This document shows, piece after piece, positions 39,474 through 48,725 of a stretch of DNA of 64,000 nt. The position numbers were made by a program, and so were the translations under genes. Origin of the DNA: an uncultured Candidatus Saccharibacteria bacterium (GTDB lineage Bacteria; Patescibacteriota; Minisyncoccia; UBA6257; 1-14-0-10-44-23); the NCBI GenBank assembly GCA_964549935.1, contig CAZJVT010000001.1, positions 27,922 to 91,921 of the forward strand, written 5' to 3'. The first letter of the stretch is position 1; every line of letters starts with the position of its first letter. The notes under the pieces are model-generated. The model was given only the letters and a program-made list of their open reading frames with translations. It was not told the origin of the DNA and did no database searches.

Positions 39474-41014
39474 TGATCACGAAGCTTAAAAATATCTACC
39501 ACCTTTTTCTAGCGTGGTTGGGTGCAGTTATCTATCGCAATCCATCGCGCGAGCTTATCGTTATCGGTATTACCGGGACAAAAGGAAAGACGACCAGCGT
39601 CGAGCTTCTCCGGGCAGTTTTACAAGCCTCCGGACGGAAAACAGCGATGCTTTCTTCGGCCAATATCGCCTTTGACAATGAGTCGCAAAGCCGTACCGGC
39701 AACACGATGCCGGGCAGATTTTTTATCCAGAAGTTTATGCGTCAGGCCGTCAGCAAGGGGTGCGAATACGCGGTGTTTGAGGTAACGAGCCAGGGCGTGG
39801 TGCAGCACCGCCACCGCTTTATTGATTTTAATGTGGCGGCGGTGACCTGTTTGCATCCGGAGCACATCGAGAGCCATGGAGGATATGAGCAGTACCGGGA
39901 AGCCAAGGCAACCTTTTTTCGCGACACCGCGCGTCTAAGTAGAAAGCAAGACAAAAAGTTTTTTATTAACTCCGAGATGACGGGCGGAGGCGATGCGCAA
40001 TTTTTCGAAGATGCAGTGCGACATCCAACCCACCTTCGCCAAGGCTTCGGCGGGCAAGCAGGGAAGGGGCATTTCGGTACGGTTACGTACTACAATAAAG
40101 CCGATTTTGTGCGCAATGAATTACAGGGCGACACAAGCCGACCCCACACCCGCCTCGCCTCCGCCCCGCGACAGCAGCCAGATTTGTCTAATACACGAAG
40201 TGACGGCGAGACAGCAGCTCGGCTGCGGCTCGACGGAAGCGACAAAGTAGTAGGCAAATCTGGTGCTGTCCCTTCGGGTTCGGACTCATCTGCTCAGCTG
40301 CGTCGTTACGCCTCGGAGCCTATGACTAGTCATATGGTCTCCTCGGCAAGCCTAGCATCTGGAGCAGATGAGTCTCGAACGCGGGGCGGAGGCGAGGCGG
40401 GTGTGGGGTCTGTCAGTAGCTGGCTGCAGAGTGATTTTAATTTAGAAAATGCGGCGATGGTCTTTGCAATCGCCAGGGCACTTGGGCTGACCAAGGAGTC
40501 AATTCTGGCGACCTTTAAAGAGTTCGCCGGCGTGGCAGGGCGGCTCGAGTTTATCCGTGGCGCAGGGCGCACAGCGGTTATTGATTACGCGCTTACGCCG
40601 GGGTCGCTAAAAGTTCTGTATGCCTATTTAAAAACTCTCGTGCAACCGGGAGGGAAGTTGATTGCGGTCTTCGGCAGCGCTGGTGGAGGCCGTGACACCT
40701 GGAAGCGTCCGGAGCTTGGTAAGCTAGCCGATGAGTTTTGCGACAAAATCTATCTGACCACGGACGACTCCTACGACGAGAACACAGAACATATCATAAA
40801 TGATATAAAAAAGGGCATCTCGAGCGCGGAGAAGTGTGAGGTGATCATTAACCGTGCCGAGGCGATTAGTGAGGCGCTGCGAGGGGCAGGAGAGAAGGAC
40901 ATCGTGGCTATTACCGGCATGGGCAGCCAGTCGTATACGTATGGCCCGGGAGGCAAAAAATTGCCGTGGAGCGATAAGGCAGCTGTCGAAAAAACACTGC
41001 GTACCTTACAATAA
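39473..41014 (+). CDS. Mur ligase family protein (MurE-like) carrying an in-frame ~90-aa low-complexity insertion
   Basis: IGITGTKGKTTS P-loop, central domain and C-terminal GRLE...DYAxxP motifs. Insertion GDTSRPHTRLASAPRQ...GGEAGVGSVSS is encoded by the IR-bounded element at 40140-40410. Confidence 0.7.
   Translation: MITKLKNIYHLFLAWLGAVIYRNPSRELIVIGITGTKGKTTSVELLRAVLQASGRKTAMLSSANIAFDNESQSRTGNTMPGRFFIQKFMRQAVSKGCEYAVFEVTSQGVVQHRHRFIDFNVAAVTCLHPEHIESHGGYEQYREAKATFFRDTARLSRKQDKKFFINSEMTGGGDAQFFEDAVRHPTHLRQGFGGQAGKGHFGTVTYYNKADFVRNELQGDTSRPHTRLASAPRQQPDLSNTRSDGETAARLRLDGSDKVVGKSGAVPSGSDSSAQLRRYASEPMTSHMVSSASLASGADESRTRGGGEAGVGSVSSWLQSDFNLENAAMVFAIARALGLTKESILATFKEFAGVAGRLEFIRGAGRTAVIDYALTPGSLKVLYAYLKTLVQPGGKLIAVFGSAGGGRDTWKRPELGKLADEFCDKIYLTTDDSYDENTEHIINDIKKGISSAEKCEVIINRAEAISEALRGAGEKDIVAITGMGSQSYTYGPGGKKLPWSDKAAVEKTLRTLQ
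40140..40410. repeat. 271-bp GC-rich element with perfect 31-bp terminal inverted repeats embedded in-frame in the Mur ligase CDS
   Basis: GACCCCACACCCGCCTCGCCTCCGCCCCGCG (40140-40170) is the exact reverse complement of 40380-40410. The interior has a 14-bp palindrome TATGACTAGTCATA. Confidence 0.6.
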
Positions 41015-41018
41015 ATGT

Positions 41019-42383
41019 ATGAAACTAACCTTTTACGGCGGAGCGGGAGTGGTCACCGGGGCAAACTATCTTTTAGAGGTTGAGGACAAAAAACATCCGC
41101 GCGGGATCGTGCGGATTCTAGTGGACTGCGGACTTGCACAAGGGAGTCACTTTGTGGAGCGGCACAACTACGATATTTTCCCTTACAAGGCCAGCGAGAT
41201 TGACGCGGTTTTTGTGACGCATGCGCACATCGACCACACGGGCAGGCTTCCAAAGTTAATGAAAGAGGGATTTGAGGGGACGGTCTACTCAACGCCGCCG
41301 ACGCACGACTGTGCCGAGCTGTTGCTGCTCGACTCGCAGCACATTTTGGAACAGGAGGGGCAGAAGATTGGCGAGGGTGCTCTTTACGAGATTGATGATA
41401 TCAACCGACTGATGGGGCACTGGCGGAGTGTTCGGTATCACGATCCTATTATGGTCGGCGCCGTTAAGGCGACACTGTATAGCGCCGGGCACATTCTGGG
41501 TTCGGCTAGTATTCTAATCGAAGCGGAAGGTAAGAAAATTCTGTTTTCCGGCGATCTCGGTAACCAGCCAGCACCGCTTATCGGTCCAGCCGAGTGCCCG
41601 ACGGATGCGGATTACTGCTTGATTGAGTCGGCGTATGGCGACCGTATCCATGAAGATTTGCAGAATCGCTATACAAAACTCGAACGTGTCATCTTAGACA
41701 CGGTTCATAACGGCGGCGCGCTGATGATTCCGGCTTTTGCGCTTGAGCGCACGCAAATTTTGTTGCTTGAGTTGCACGAGATGCTTGAGAAACACCAGAT
41801 TCCGCAGGTGCCGGTGTTTGTTGACAGTCCGCTGGCGATTAAGCTGACCTCGGTGTACGCGCTGTATCGGGATTATTTGCGCCCGGAGGTGGTACATCAT
41901 TTCGACGGTGGAGATATGTTTCGATTACCGGGGCTACGTATGACACCGACAACAGAGGACAGCAAGTCTATTAACAATGTTCACAACCCAAAGATTATTA
42001 TCGCCGGGAGCGGTATGAGCCATGCGGGGCGTATTTTGCATCACGAACTTCGATATTTATCCGACCCAAAGAGCACGCTACTCATCTTCGGGTATCAGGT
42101 AGAGGGCTCGCTCGGACGCCGATTGCTCGACGGTGCGCAGCACGTGTCTATCATGGGCAGCGACATTCATGTCCGGGCGAAAGTTAAGGCGATTGGGGCT
42201 TATTCTGCGCACGCTGACCAGCGACAGCTTATGAGTTGGATTAAGCCGCTTACAGGCAAGGTGAAAAAAGTTTTCGTCGTGCAGGGAGAGGGGCAGGCGT
42301 CTAATGTCTTAGCGGCAAAGTTACGCAGCGAGCTGCATATGGAGGCGGTTGTCCCGTCGGCGGGGGAGAGTGTCGTGCTATAA
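41019..42383 (+). CDS. beta-CASP metallo-beta-lactamase-fold ribonuclease (RNase J-like)
   Basis: HAHIDHTGRLP motif, beta-CASP motifs, and a C-terminal RNA-specificity region. Start ATG sits inside TAAATGTATG overlapping the Mur ligase stop. Confidence 0.7.
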   Translation: MKLTFYGGAGVVTGANYLLEVEDKKHPRGIVRILVDCGLAQGSHFVERHNYDIFPYKASEIDAVFVTHAHIDHTGRLPKLMKEGFEGTVYSTPPTHDCAELLLLDSQHILEQEGQKIGEGALYEIDDINRLMGHWRSVRYHDPIMVGAVKATLYSAGHILGSASILIEAEGKKILFSGDLGNQPAPLIGPAECPTDADYCLIESAYGDRIHEDLQNRYTKLERVILDTVHNGGALMIPAFALERTQILLLELHEMLEKHQIPQVPVFVDSPLAIKLTSVYALYRDYLRPEVVHHFDGGDMFRLPGLRMTPTTEDSKSINNVHNPKIIIAGSGMSHAGRILHHELRYLSDPKSTLLIFGYQVEGSLGRRLLDGAQHVSIMGSDIHVRAKVKAIGAYSAHADQRQLMSWIKPLTGKVKKVFVVQGEGQASNVLAAKLRSELHMEAVVPSAGESVVL

Positions 42384-42397
42384 TTACGGTAATACGT

Positions 42398-43054
42398 ATG
42401 CAAAAGCGAGCGGCAAAAAAAGGAGTTAATAAAAACCTTGCCTCTCTAAGCCCGCGCCATCACCTTCGGAGGAGTATTTGCGTTTCCGGAGCCGCGGAGA
42501 CCGGCCACTGCAGCACCGACACAATCGCTAAGGCAGAGGAGGTCGGGCGACTGATTGCTGAAGCTGGAATGATCCTCATAACTGGCGCAACGAGCGGAGT
42601 GCCTTATTGGGCAGCCAAAGGAGCGAAAGAGGCGGGCGGGTTTGTCGTTGGCTTTTCTCCGGCGGCTTCCGAAGCCGCGCACCTTAAAACCTACCATCTG
42701 CCGGTTGATTATCACGACATTATTATCTATACCGGTTTTGATTACGCCGGCCGCGACCTGCTTGTGACCCGTGCTTCAGACGGCGTCATCACGATTTGCG
42801 GTCGTATCGGTTCTTTGCACGAGTTTACAACAACATTTGAAGACAAGAAGCCTTCAGGAGTGCTTGAGGGCAGCGGCGGCGCCGCAGATATGATTCGCGA
42901 GATTTTGATTAAAGGGAAGCGCGGATTAGGTAAGACGGTTTTTGATACCAAGCCAAAGGAGCTCGTCAATAAAGTTCTCGATATGATCGAGCAGACGGAG
43001 ATGGAGAACCACTACGGCCACGGACGTGTTCCGACGCGGTTACACGACGAGTAG
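42398..43054 (+). CDS. LOG/TIGR00725-family Rossmann-fold protein
   Basis: ICVSGAAETG...GRLIAEAGMILITGATSGVPYWAAKGAKEAGG pattern. Confidence 0.5.
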   Translation: MQKRAAKKGVNKNLASLSPRHHLRRSICVSGAAETGHCSTDTIAKAEEVGRLIAEAGMILITGATSGVPYWAAKGAKEAGGFVVGFSPAASEAAHLKTYHLPVDYHDIIIYTGFDYAGRDLLVTRASDGVITICGRIGSLHEFTTTFEDKKPSGVLEGSGGAADMIREILIKGKRGLGKTVFDTKPKELVNKVLDMIEQTEMENHYGHGRVPTRLHDE

Positions 43055-43100
43055 GGGGCGTAGAACATAAAACGTTTAACGTAGAACGAGCAAGAAAGAA

Positions 43101-43439
43101 ATGACAAAGAAACCCGTCAAAAAGAAAAAAGTAGTTGCGAAAAGGAAAGCTGCTAAAAAAGCAGTAAAAAAGGCTGCGGTTAAAAAAGTTGCCGCGCCAA
43201 AGCCCGTCGGCGTGGTCACGCACTACTTCGCGAAAATCAAAGTTGCGATTATTAAATTCAAGCAGCCAGTCAAAGTCGGCACCGAAGTTGCCTTGCGTGG
43301 TGCGACGACGGATTTTAATCACAAAATTGCCTCGATGCAATTTGATCACAAGCCGATTTCTGTTGCCAAGAAGGGCCAGGAAGTAGGGATCAAGGTAGGG
43401 AAGCGCGTTCGGGAGGGCGACGAAATATTTTTACCGTGA
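43101..43439 (+). CDS. small basic protein with histone-H1-like Lys/Ala-rich N-terminus
   Basis: KKPVKKKKVVAKRKAAKKAVKKAAVKK tail followed by a ~70-aa beta-rich domain. Confidence 0.35.
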   Translation: MTKKPVKKKKVVAKRKAAKKAVKKAAVKKVAAPKPVGVVTHYFAKIKVAIIKFKQPVKVGTEVALRGATTDFNHKIASMQFDHKPISVAKKGQEVGIKVGKRVREGDEIFLP

Positions 43440-43442
43440 ACT

Positions 43443-43913
43443 ATGAGCTTTGAAGCAATTTTAAGTTCGCAGAATTTGGAAGTTTTTGGCCAGCTTGGCT
43501 TAGCCGTTCTTTTAGCCAGCCTACTGGGCATCGAACGAAGCCTTGCTCGAAGACTTGCAGGTTTTCGGACCTTTGCGATGGTTGCGCTTGGCTCCTGTCT
43601 TTTTGTAGTTATTTCAAATATCACCTTCGATATGCTTGGTGGTATCGGCGGGTTTGATCCTTCGCGGATTGCGAGCCAGATTGTTGTCGGTATCGGGTTT
43701 TTAGCCGGCGGGTCTATTATTTTCAATAAGGAGCATTTGCAGGGGTTAACGACGGCCGCCGGTTTGTGGGTTGCTGCGGGCATTGGCATGGCGGTCGGCT
43801 TCAAACTCTATGCGATTGCGGTTTTTGTGACGATACTTTCGCTTATGATTTTCGAGGTGTTTTGGCGGGTGGAGCGGAAGCTGTTGAATTTAGAAGGGGA
43901 GAAAAAGCCGTAG
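43443..43913 (+). CDS. MgtC/SapB-family membrane protein
   Basis: LAVLLASLLGIERSLARRLAGFRTFAMVALGS family signature and four transmembrane helices. Confidence 0.7.
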   Translation: MSFEAILSSQNLEVFGQLGLAVLLASLLGIERSLARRLAGFRTFAMVALGSCLFVVISNITFDMLGGIGGFDPSRIASQIVVGIGFLAGGSIIFNKEHLQGLTTAAGLWVAAGIGMAVGFKLYAIAVFVTILSLMIFEVFWRVERKLLNLEGEKKP

Positions 43914-43938
43914 TTCTGTTTTGCGGTATTATTAAGAC

Positions 43939-45351
43939 ATGCCAATCCTGTTGTATCTTTTAGTTTTCCTTTTGCCGCTTGGCACGAGGCATCTGCTCGG
44001 CGGGGTAACGCCGGGTTTTCATGAGTATGAAGCATTCTTTTTCTATGGAACAGATTTTTTTGTCATCATTTTTTCGATCTGGAGCGTGCTGACTAAGCCG
44101 TCCTGGCTGCGGGTTGTGGCAAGCCGAGGAGTGGGGGCGCTACTCGGCGCTTTTCTGCTCGCTACGCTAGCCTCGCTTTTTACGGCCCCCTCTTTTGCTC
44201 TTGGTGCCTACGTTTTCGCCCGGCTCGTTGTTCTCGCCTTATTTGCTGTCTACTTGGCGAGGTTTGCCGAGTCGAAAAAGATCGTGCAAACGATTTTCGC
44301 GATTATTGCTGTCGCAGCGGTAGTACAAAGTGTCATTGGTTTTTCTCAAGTTGCAAAACAGGGGAGCATCGGGCTTTCTATGTTTGGCGAACCTATGCTT
44401 ACCAGCTATAGCGGTGCGGCGAGCACGATTAAAGCCGAGAGTGGTAGATTCTTGCGCGCCTATGGAACGTTCCCGCACCCTAATGTTTTAGGCGCCTTTC
44501 TTGTGATAGGACTGCTCACTTTGGCATACTGGTATACCGAGACGGAGCGCAAGCTCGCTAATGCAGTTTTTCCCGAGCAGTGGCGGAAAGTCGATTCTAT
44601 GAAAAAGGCTTGGGCGAAAAGAGGCGAGTGGACGAGAGCGCAGTTTGTAAGTGCCGGGAGAAAGTATTTCAGCCATAAACTTTTTGTGCAGCGGATGCTG
44701 ATTGCTGCCGCAACATTTGTTGTCGTATTGGGATTGGCGCTGACCTTTTCCAGGGCGGCCTGGGCAGCGGCAGTTATTGGGCTGGCGATATTTTTAGTTT
44801 GGGCGCTCCACCAATCCTTTGGCGCCGGCGTCCGACTGCTTGGGCTGCTCCTGGTTGCGGGCGCGGCAACGTATTTAGTCTTGGCCCCGGTTATTTTGCC
44901 TCGAGCCGAGGTCTCCGTTACCGAACCCGCAGTAACCGATCGGCTCGCGTACACAGAAATAGGTATACAGCTGCTCGGAAGCCACCCGTACGGCGTTGGG
45001 GCAGGTAACCAGGTCTTGTCGGCAGTTCGTGGCGGGTTATATGTCGATCACGGGATGACGAAGGTGTGGGACTGGGAACCGGTTCATAATCTCTACTTGC
45101 TTGTCGCTACCGAGCTTGGTTGGCTTGGTTTGTTGAGTTTTCTGGCCTTTTTGGGTATCGTATGCTGGCAGCTGATCAGGTCGGGGCCGCATCTTGAAAC
45201 GGGGCTCATTACGGCAATCCTGCTCGGGCTTTTGATCGCCGGGATGTTTGACCACTATTTGTGGGACTTGCAGCCGGGCAGACTGCTGTTCTGGTTTGTG
45301 GTTGGCTTAGCGCTCTCGCGTATCTTGCCGCGCGAAAAAGTGCAAAGTTAA
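43939..45351 (+). CDS. O-antigen ligase (Wzy_C) family polytopic membrane protein
   Basis: ~11 transmembrane helices, with a TFSRAAWAAAVIGLAIF segment and a periplasmic loop. Confidence 0.55.
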   Translation: MPILLYLLVFLLPLGTRHLLGGVTPGFHEYEAFFFYGTDFFVIIFSIWSVLTKPSWLRVVASRGVGALLGAFLLATLASLFTAPSFALGAYVFARLVVLALFAVYLARFAESKKIVQTIFAIIAVAAVVQSVIGFSQVAKQGSIGLSMFGEPMLTSYSGAASTIKAESGRFLRAYGTFPHPNVLGAFLVIGLLTLAYWYTETERKLANAVFPEQWRKVDSMKKAWAKRGEWTRAQFVSAGRKYFSHKLFVQRMLIAAATFVVVLGLALTFSRAAWAAAVIGLAIFLVWALHQSFGAGVRLLGLLLVAGAATYLVLAPVILPRAEVSVTEPAVTDRLAYTEIGIQLLGSHPYGVGAGNQVLSAVRGGLYVDHGMTKVWDWEPVHNLYLLVATELGWLGLLSFLAFLGIVCWQLIRSGPHLETGLITAILLGLLIAGMFDHYLWDLQPGRLLFWFVVGLALSRILPREKVQS

Positions 45352-45371
45352 AAGTAGCGGTTTGGTTGTTA

Positions 45372-45443
45372 GTCTCCGTAGTTCAACGGATAGAATATCT
45401 CCCTCCGAAGGAGATGATTGTGGTTCGATTCCACACGGGGACA
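45372..45443 (+). tRNA. tRNA-Arg (anticodon CCG)
   Basis: Manual cloverleaf fold: 7-bp acceptor stem with one G·U, D-arm, anticodon stem-loop with loop CTCCGAA, T-arm GTGG-TTCGATT-CCAC, discriminator A. CCA is not encoded. Confidence 0.75.
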
Positions 45444-45466
45444 CAGCGTGGTATTATTGCGAAACT

Positions 45467-46180
45467 ATGGCAAACAACCTTTCTTTAGGCGTTTCGTTTG
45501 TTGCAGGGCTTGTTTCGTTCCTTTCGCCATGTGTTTTGCCTATTATCCCGGGTTTTTTGGCCTACTTGGCCGGCTCCTCGCTGGCGGAGAGTGAGGGGAA
45601 GAAGCGATGGGATGTTTTCGTAAACAGTATCTACTTCGTAATCGGCTTTTCCCTTGTTTTTGCAGTTTTAGGCGTTTTGCTTAATACAATCCTCAGTAGT
45701 TCAGCGGCAGGAACGCAGCTTTGGCTGTCACGTATCGGCGGCATCGTTATCATTTTCTTCGGCTTGTACCTTACCAAGCTCATCAAGATTCCATTCCTTG
45801 AGAGGGAGTATAAGTTCTCGATGAAATTAAAGTTACAGTCTCGGCATCTTACTTCGCTGCTTTTTGGCGCTGCATTTGCTGCGGGGTGGACGCCTTGTGT
45901 CGGTGCTGTTTTAGGCGGCATATTAGGTCTTGCGGCCACACAACCGGGGAGCGCCTTCTATCTACTATTTACCTACGCCGTCGGGCTTGGGATTCCATTT
46001 TTAGTTGTTGGTTTTTTTGCCGCTCATGCCAGCGCTTTTATCAATCGCTACGCGAACGCATTGCAATATATCAGCATCGTTTTCGGCTACCTGCTCATCG
46101 CGCTTGGAGTTCTCGTTTTCACGCAGCAACTTTCTTTGATCGCTAATTTCGGTTTTCTAAATAATCTTCTCTTAAAGTAA
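45467..46180 (+). CDS. ccdA: cytochrome c-type biogenesis / thiol-disulfide transporter CcdA (DsbD-like)
   Basis: LSPCVLPIIPGF and a second Cys in GWTPCVGAVL. Six transmembrane helices. Confidence 0.75.
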   Translation: MANNLSLGVSFVAGLVSFLSPCVLPIIPGFLAYLAGSSLAESEGKKRWDVFVNSIYFVIGFSLVFAVLGVLLNTILSSSAAGTQLWLSRIGGIVIIFFGLYLTKLIKIPFLEREYKFSMKLKLQSRHLTSLLFGAAFAAGWTPCVGAVLGGILGLAATQPGSAFYLLFTYAVGLGIPFLVVGFFAAHASAFINRYANALQYISIVFGYLLIALGVLVFTQQLSLIANFGFLNNLLLK

Positions 46181-46181
46181 C

Positions 46182-47378
46182 ATGAAGAAAAACCTAGTCC
46201 TCGGGGTCGTTATCGTATTAGTCATCGGCTCGATACTTTGGCTGCAGTCGCTTAAGCCTAAGCCTGCCCTGACGAGCGGACCAAAACAGACCATTGTTGC
46301 TACCTCGACTGACACCATTGCTACCTCGCCGGTTAAGCCAATTAAGTCTTCTATGCAGTATCTTACTGCTGCTCAAAAGGCGAAGAAGTATCAGCCAGGG
46401 ATAGAGCTTGCGGGAATTAGTAGCTATCACAATCTTTCGCCTGATAAAAAAACGCTAACTCTTAAGGATTTAGTGGGCAAGAAAGTGATTTTAGTTGATT
46501 TCTGGACTTACAGCTGCATTAATTGCCAGCGCACGTTACCGTATCTTACTGATTGGTATAAGAAGTATAAAGATCAGGGGCTCGAGATTATCGGAGTCCA
46601 CACACCGGAATTTGATTTCGAAAAAGATCCGACTAACGTCGACATGGCGATAGCAAAATATGGCATTAGATATCCCGTGGTTCAGGACAACGACTATGGC
46701 ACATGGAATGCGTATGGCAACCGCTACTGGCCACATCACTATCTTATTGATATCGATGGATATATCGTCGACGACCATATAGGCGAGGGAGGGTATGCTG
46801 AAACAGAAATGAAAATCCAAGAGCTACTCGCGGAAAGAAGCGATAGGCTGAATATAGTGGCGGATGTTCAAAAGGATCTATCCAAGCCGGTCGTGGAAGC
46901 GGCACCGACATATGCGGTTAGTCCGGAGACATATTTTGGTAGCAGCCGCAATGAGTATCTCGGGAATGGTGTGCCCGGGCAAACAGGGACGCTTGATTTT
47001 ACTTCTTGGCCGTCGGCTGAGTCTGGCGATCTGAAAGAGAACAAGCTTTATTTAAGCGGGACCTGGATGTTGAACGCCGAGAATGCAGTCAGTAAGAGCC
47101 GAGGCGGTATTATGTATGCGTACCATGGCCAGCGGGTGTATTTTGTGGCTCGAGCAGGGCAGCCCCTTACCGTGGAGCTTCTCCGCGATCTTAAGCCGCT
47201 CACTGCGGATGAAGCAGGAGAAGATGTGATTATCGGCGCTGACGGCAAGAGTCGAGTCACTATTAATGAGGCGCGCCTATATAAACTCGTTAAAGAGCGA
47301 GCAGGTGATCCTGGTCATGTGCTCAACATTATTGTTCCGGAGGCGGGTCTCGAGGCCTTCACCTTTACGTTCGGTTAG
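46182..47378 (+). CDS. TlpA/ResA-like thioredoxin-fold thiol:disulfide oxidoreductase with C-terminal extension
   Basis: Signal anchor and a VILVDFWTYSCINCQ CxxC motif. Confidence 0.7.
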   Translation: MKKNLVLGVVIVLVIGSILWLQSLKPKPALTSGPKQTIVATSTDTIATSPVKPIKSSMQYLTAAQKAKKYQPGIELAGISSYHNLSPDKKTLTLKDLVGKKVILVDFWTYSCINCQRTLPYLTDWYKKYKDQGLEIIGVHTPEFDFEKDPTNVDMAIAKYGIRYPVVQDNDYGTWNAYGNRYWPHHYLIDIDGYIVDDHIGEGGYAETEMKIQELLAERSDRLNIVADVQKDLSKPVVEAAPTYAVSPETYFGSSRNEYLGNGVPGQTGTLDFTSWPSAESGDLKENKLYLSGTWMLNAENAVSKSRGGIMYAYHGQRVYFVARAGQPLTVELLRDLKPLTADEAGEDVIIGADGKSRVTINEARLYKLVKERAGDPGHVLNIIVPEAGLEAFTFTFG

Positions 47379-47405
47379 GCGTAGCAGTACTCTCTCGAGC
47401 TGCGG

Positions 47406-48086
47406 TTATCGCCAATCAATTTCTTTCTGGCTGTGCTTTTTCAGGTAATCGTTTGTTTTACTGAAGTGCTTATTCCCTATAAATCCGTTGTAGGCTGAAA
47501 GCGGGGAGGGGTGGGCAGATTCAAGAACGAGATGCTTTGAGCGGTCAATCTGTGCGCCTTTTTTGCGCGCATAGTTGCCCCAGAGAAGAAAGACAAGCTG
47601 CCGCTCCTGCTGTGAGAGGCGTTTGATGACGGCATCCGTAAACTGTTCCCATCCTTTATTTTGATGCGAGCCTGCAGTATGAGCGCGTACCGTCAGTGTT
47701 GCGTTTAAAAGAAGTACGCCTTGCTTAGCCCAGCGGGTGAGGTCACCGCTTGCAATCGGCTCTATACCCAAATCACTTTTAATTTCTTTAAAAATATTTT
47801 GCAGTGACGGTGGCAGCTCTACGTTATCTGGAACTGCAAAACAGAGGCCGTTGGCTTGGCCGGGGCCATGGTAGGGATCCTGGCCGATAATGACTACTTG
47901 GACCTTTTCAAAAGGGCAGACATCAAAGGCGCGGAAAATATTTTTGGGTGCAGGAAAGACAGCAGTTTGTTTGTATTCATTGCGCACAAACTCAGTGAGC
48001 TGTTTAAAGTACGCGGTTTCAAATTCATCCCTTAAGACGGCTTCCCAGGAGGGCTCGATCGCTATTTTCTTGCCTTTGGTGTCCAT
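47406..48086 (-). CDS. ung: uracil-DNA glycosylase
   Basis: VVIIGQDPYHGPGQANGLCF and HPSPLSA motifs. Confidence 0.85.
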   Translation of the reverse strand: MDTKGKKIAIEPSWEAVLRDEFETAYFKQLTEFVRNEYKQTAVFPAPKNIFRAFDVCPFEKVQVVIIGQDPYHGPGQANGLCFAVPDNVELPPSLQNIFKEIKSDLGIEPIASGDLTRWAKQGVLLLNATLTVRAHTAGSHQNKGWEQFTDAVIKRLSQQERQLVFLLWGNYARKKGAQIDRSKHLVLESAHPSPLSAYNGFIGNKHFSKTNDYLKKHSQKEIDWR

Positions 48087-48173
48087 GGTCTTGTCATACT
48101 AAGGCAGAGATGCGGTATCTGCAAATAGCGAGGGTCTGTAATAAAAGGCGTCCTTTATGGTAGTATATAGATA

Positions 48174-48725
48174 ATGCAGTTACAACCTAATATTAACGCC
48201 CCAGCTGATGCTGGGACGCAAAAAATTATTTCCGCAGGGATTATTGTATTTCGGAAGACGCAGGAGGGCGTTAAGTTTTTGGTGCTCTACCACGGCGGTG
48301 ATTACTGGAACTTCCCGAAGGGGAAGCTTGAGGTGGCCGAGCGTAGTTGGCAGGCGGCTTTTCGCGAGGTTCGAGAGGAGACCGGGCTCAAGCAAAATGA
48401 GCTTAAGCTTGTTGGAGACTTCAAGGCTTATGAGAAGTTTTACTTCAAGCGCGGCGCCGATAAGATTTTCAAAGTCGTTATTTTGTATCTGGCCGAGACA
48501 AAACAATCCCGCATTACGCTGAGTGAGGAGCACGAAGGGTACGGCTGGTTCACGTTTTCTCAGGCGAAAAAGATTTTGGCGCGGCACAAAGACAATTTGC
48601 GTATTTTAAACCAGGCTTACGCGTATTTAACGCGCGGGCCGCAGGCGATGCCTGTCCAACCAGCTGCCACTGTAGCTGCTGGCGCTGCGCATCCACAACG
48701 TCGACCACCGCATCCGCGGCACTAA
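48174..48725 (+). CDS. NUDIX hydrolase
   Basis: NUDIX box GKLEVAERSWQAAFREVREETGL. Confidence 0.7.
   Translation: MQLQPNINAPADAGTQKIISAGIIVFRKTQEGVKFLVLYHGGDYWNFPKGKLEVAERSWQAAFREVREETGLKQNELKLVGDFKAYEKFYFKRGADKIFKVVILYLAETKQSRITLSEEHEGYGWFTFSQAKKILARHKDNLRILNQAYAYLTRGPQAMPVQPAATVAAGAAHPQRRPPHPRH

Noticed and set aside
40140-40410. Intein or self-splicing intron in the Mur ligase gene
   Set aside because: Too short (271 bp), low-complexity translation, no intein block motifs and no intron structural hallmarks. Terminal inverted repeats point to a MITE-like or invertible element instead.
45362-45466. 5' extension of the ccdA ORF
   Set aside because: It overlaps tRNA-Arg (45372-45443). The true start is the ATG at 45467, directly before the SPCVLPIIPGF motif.
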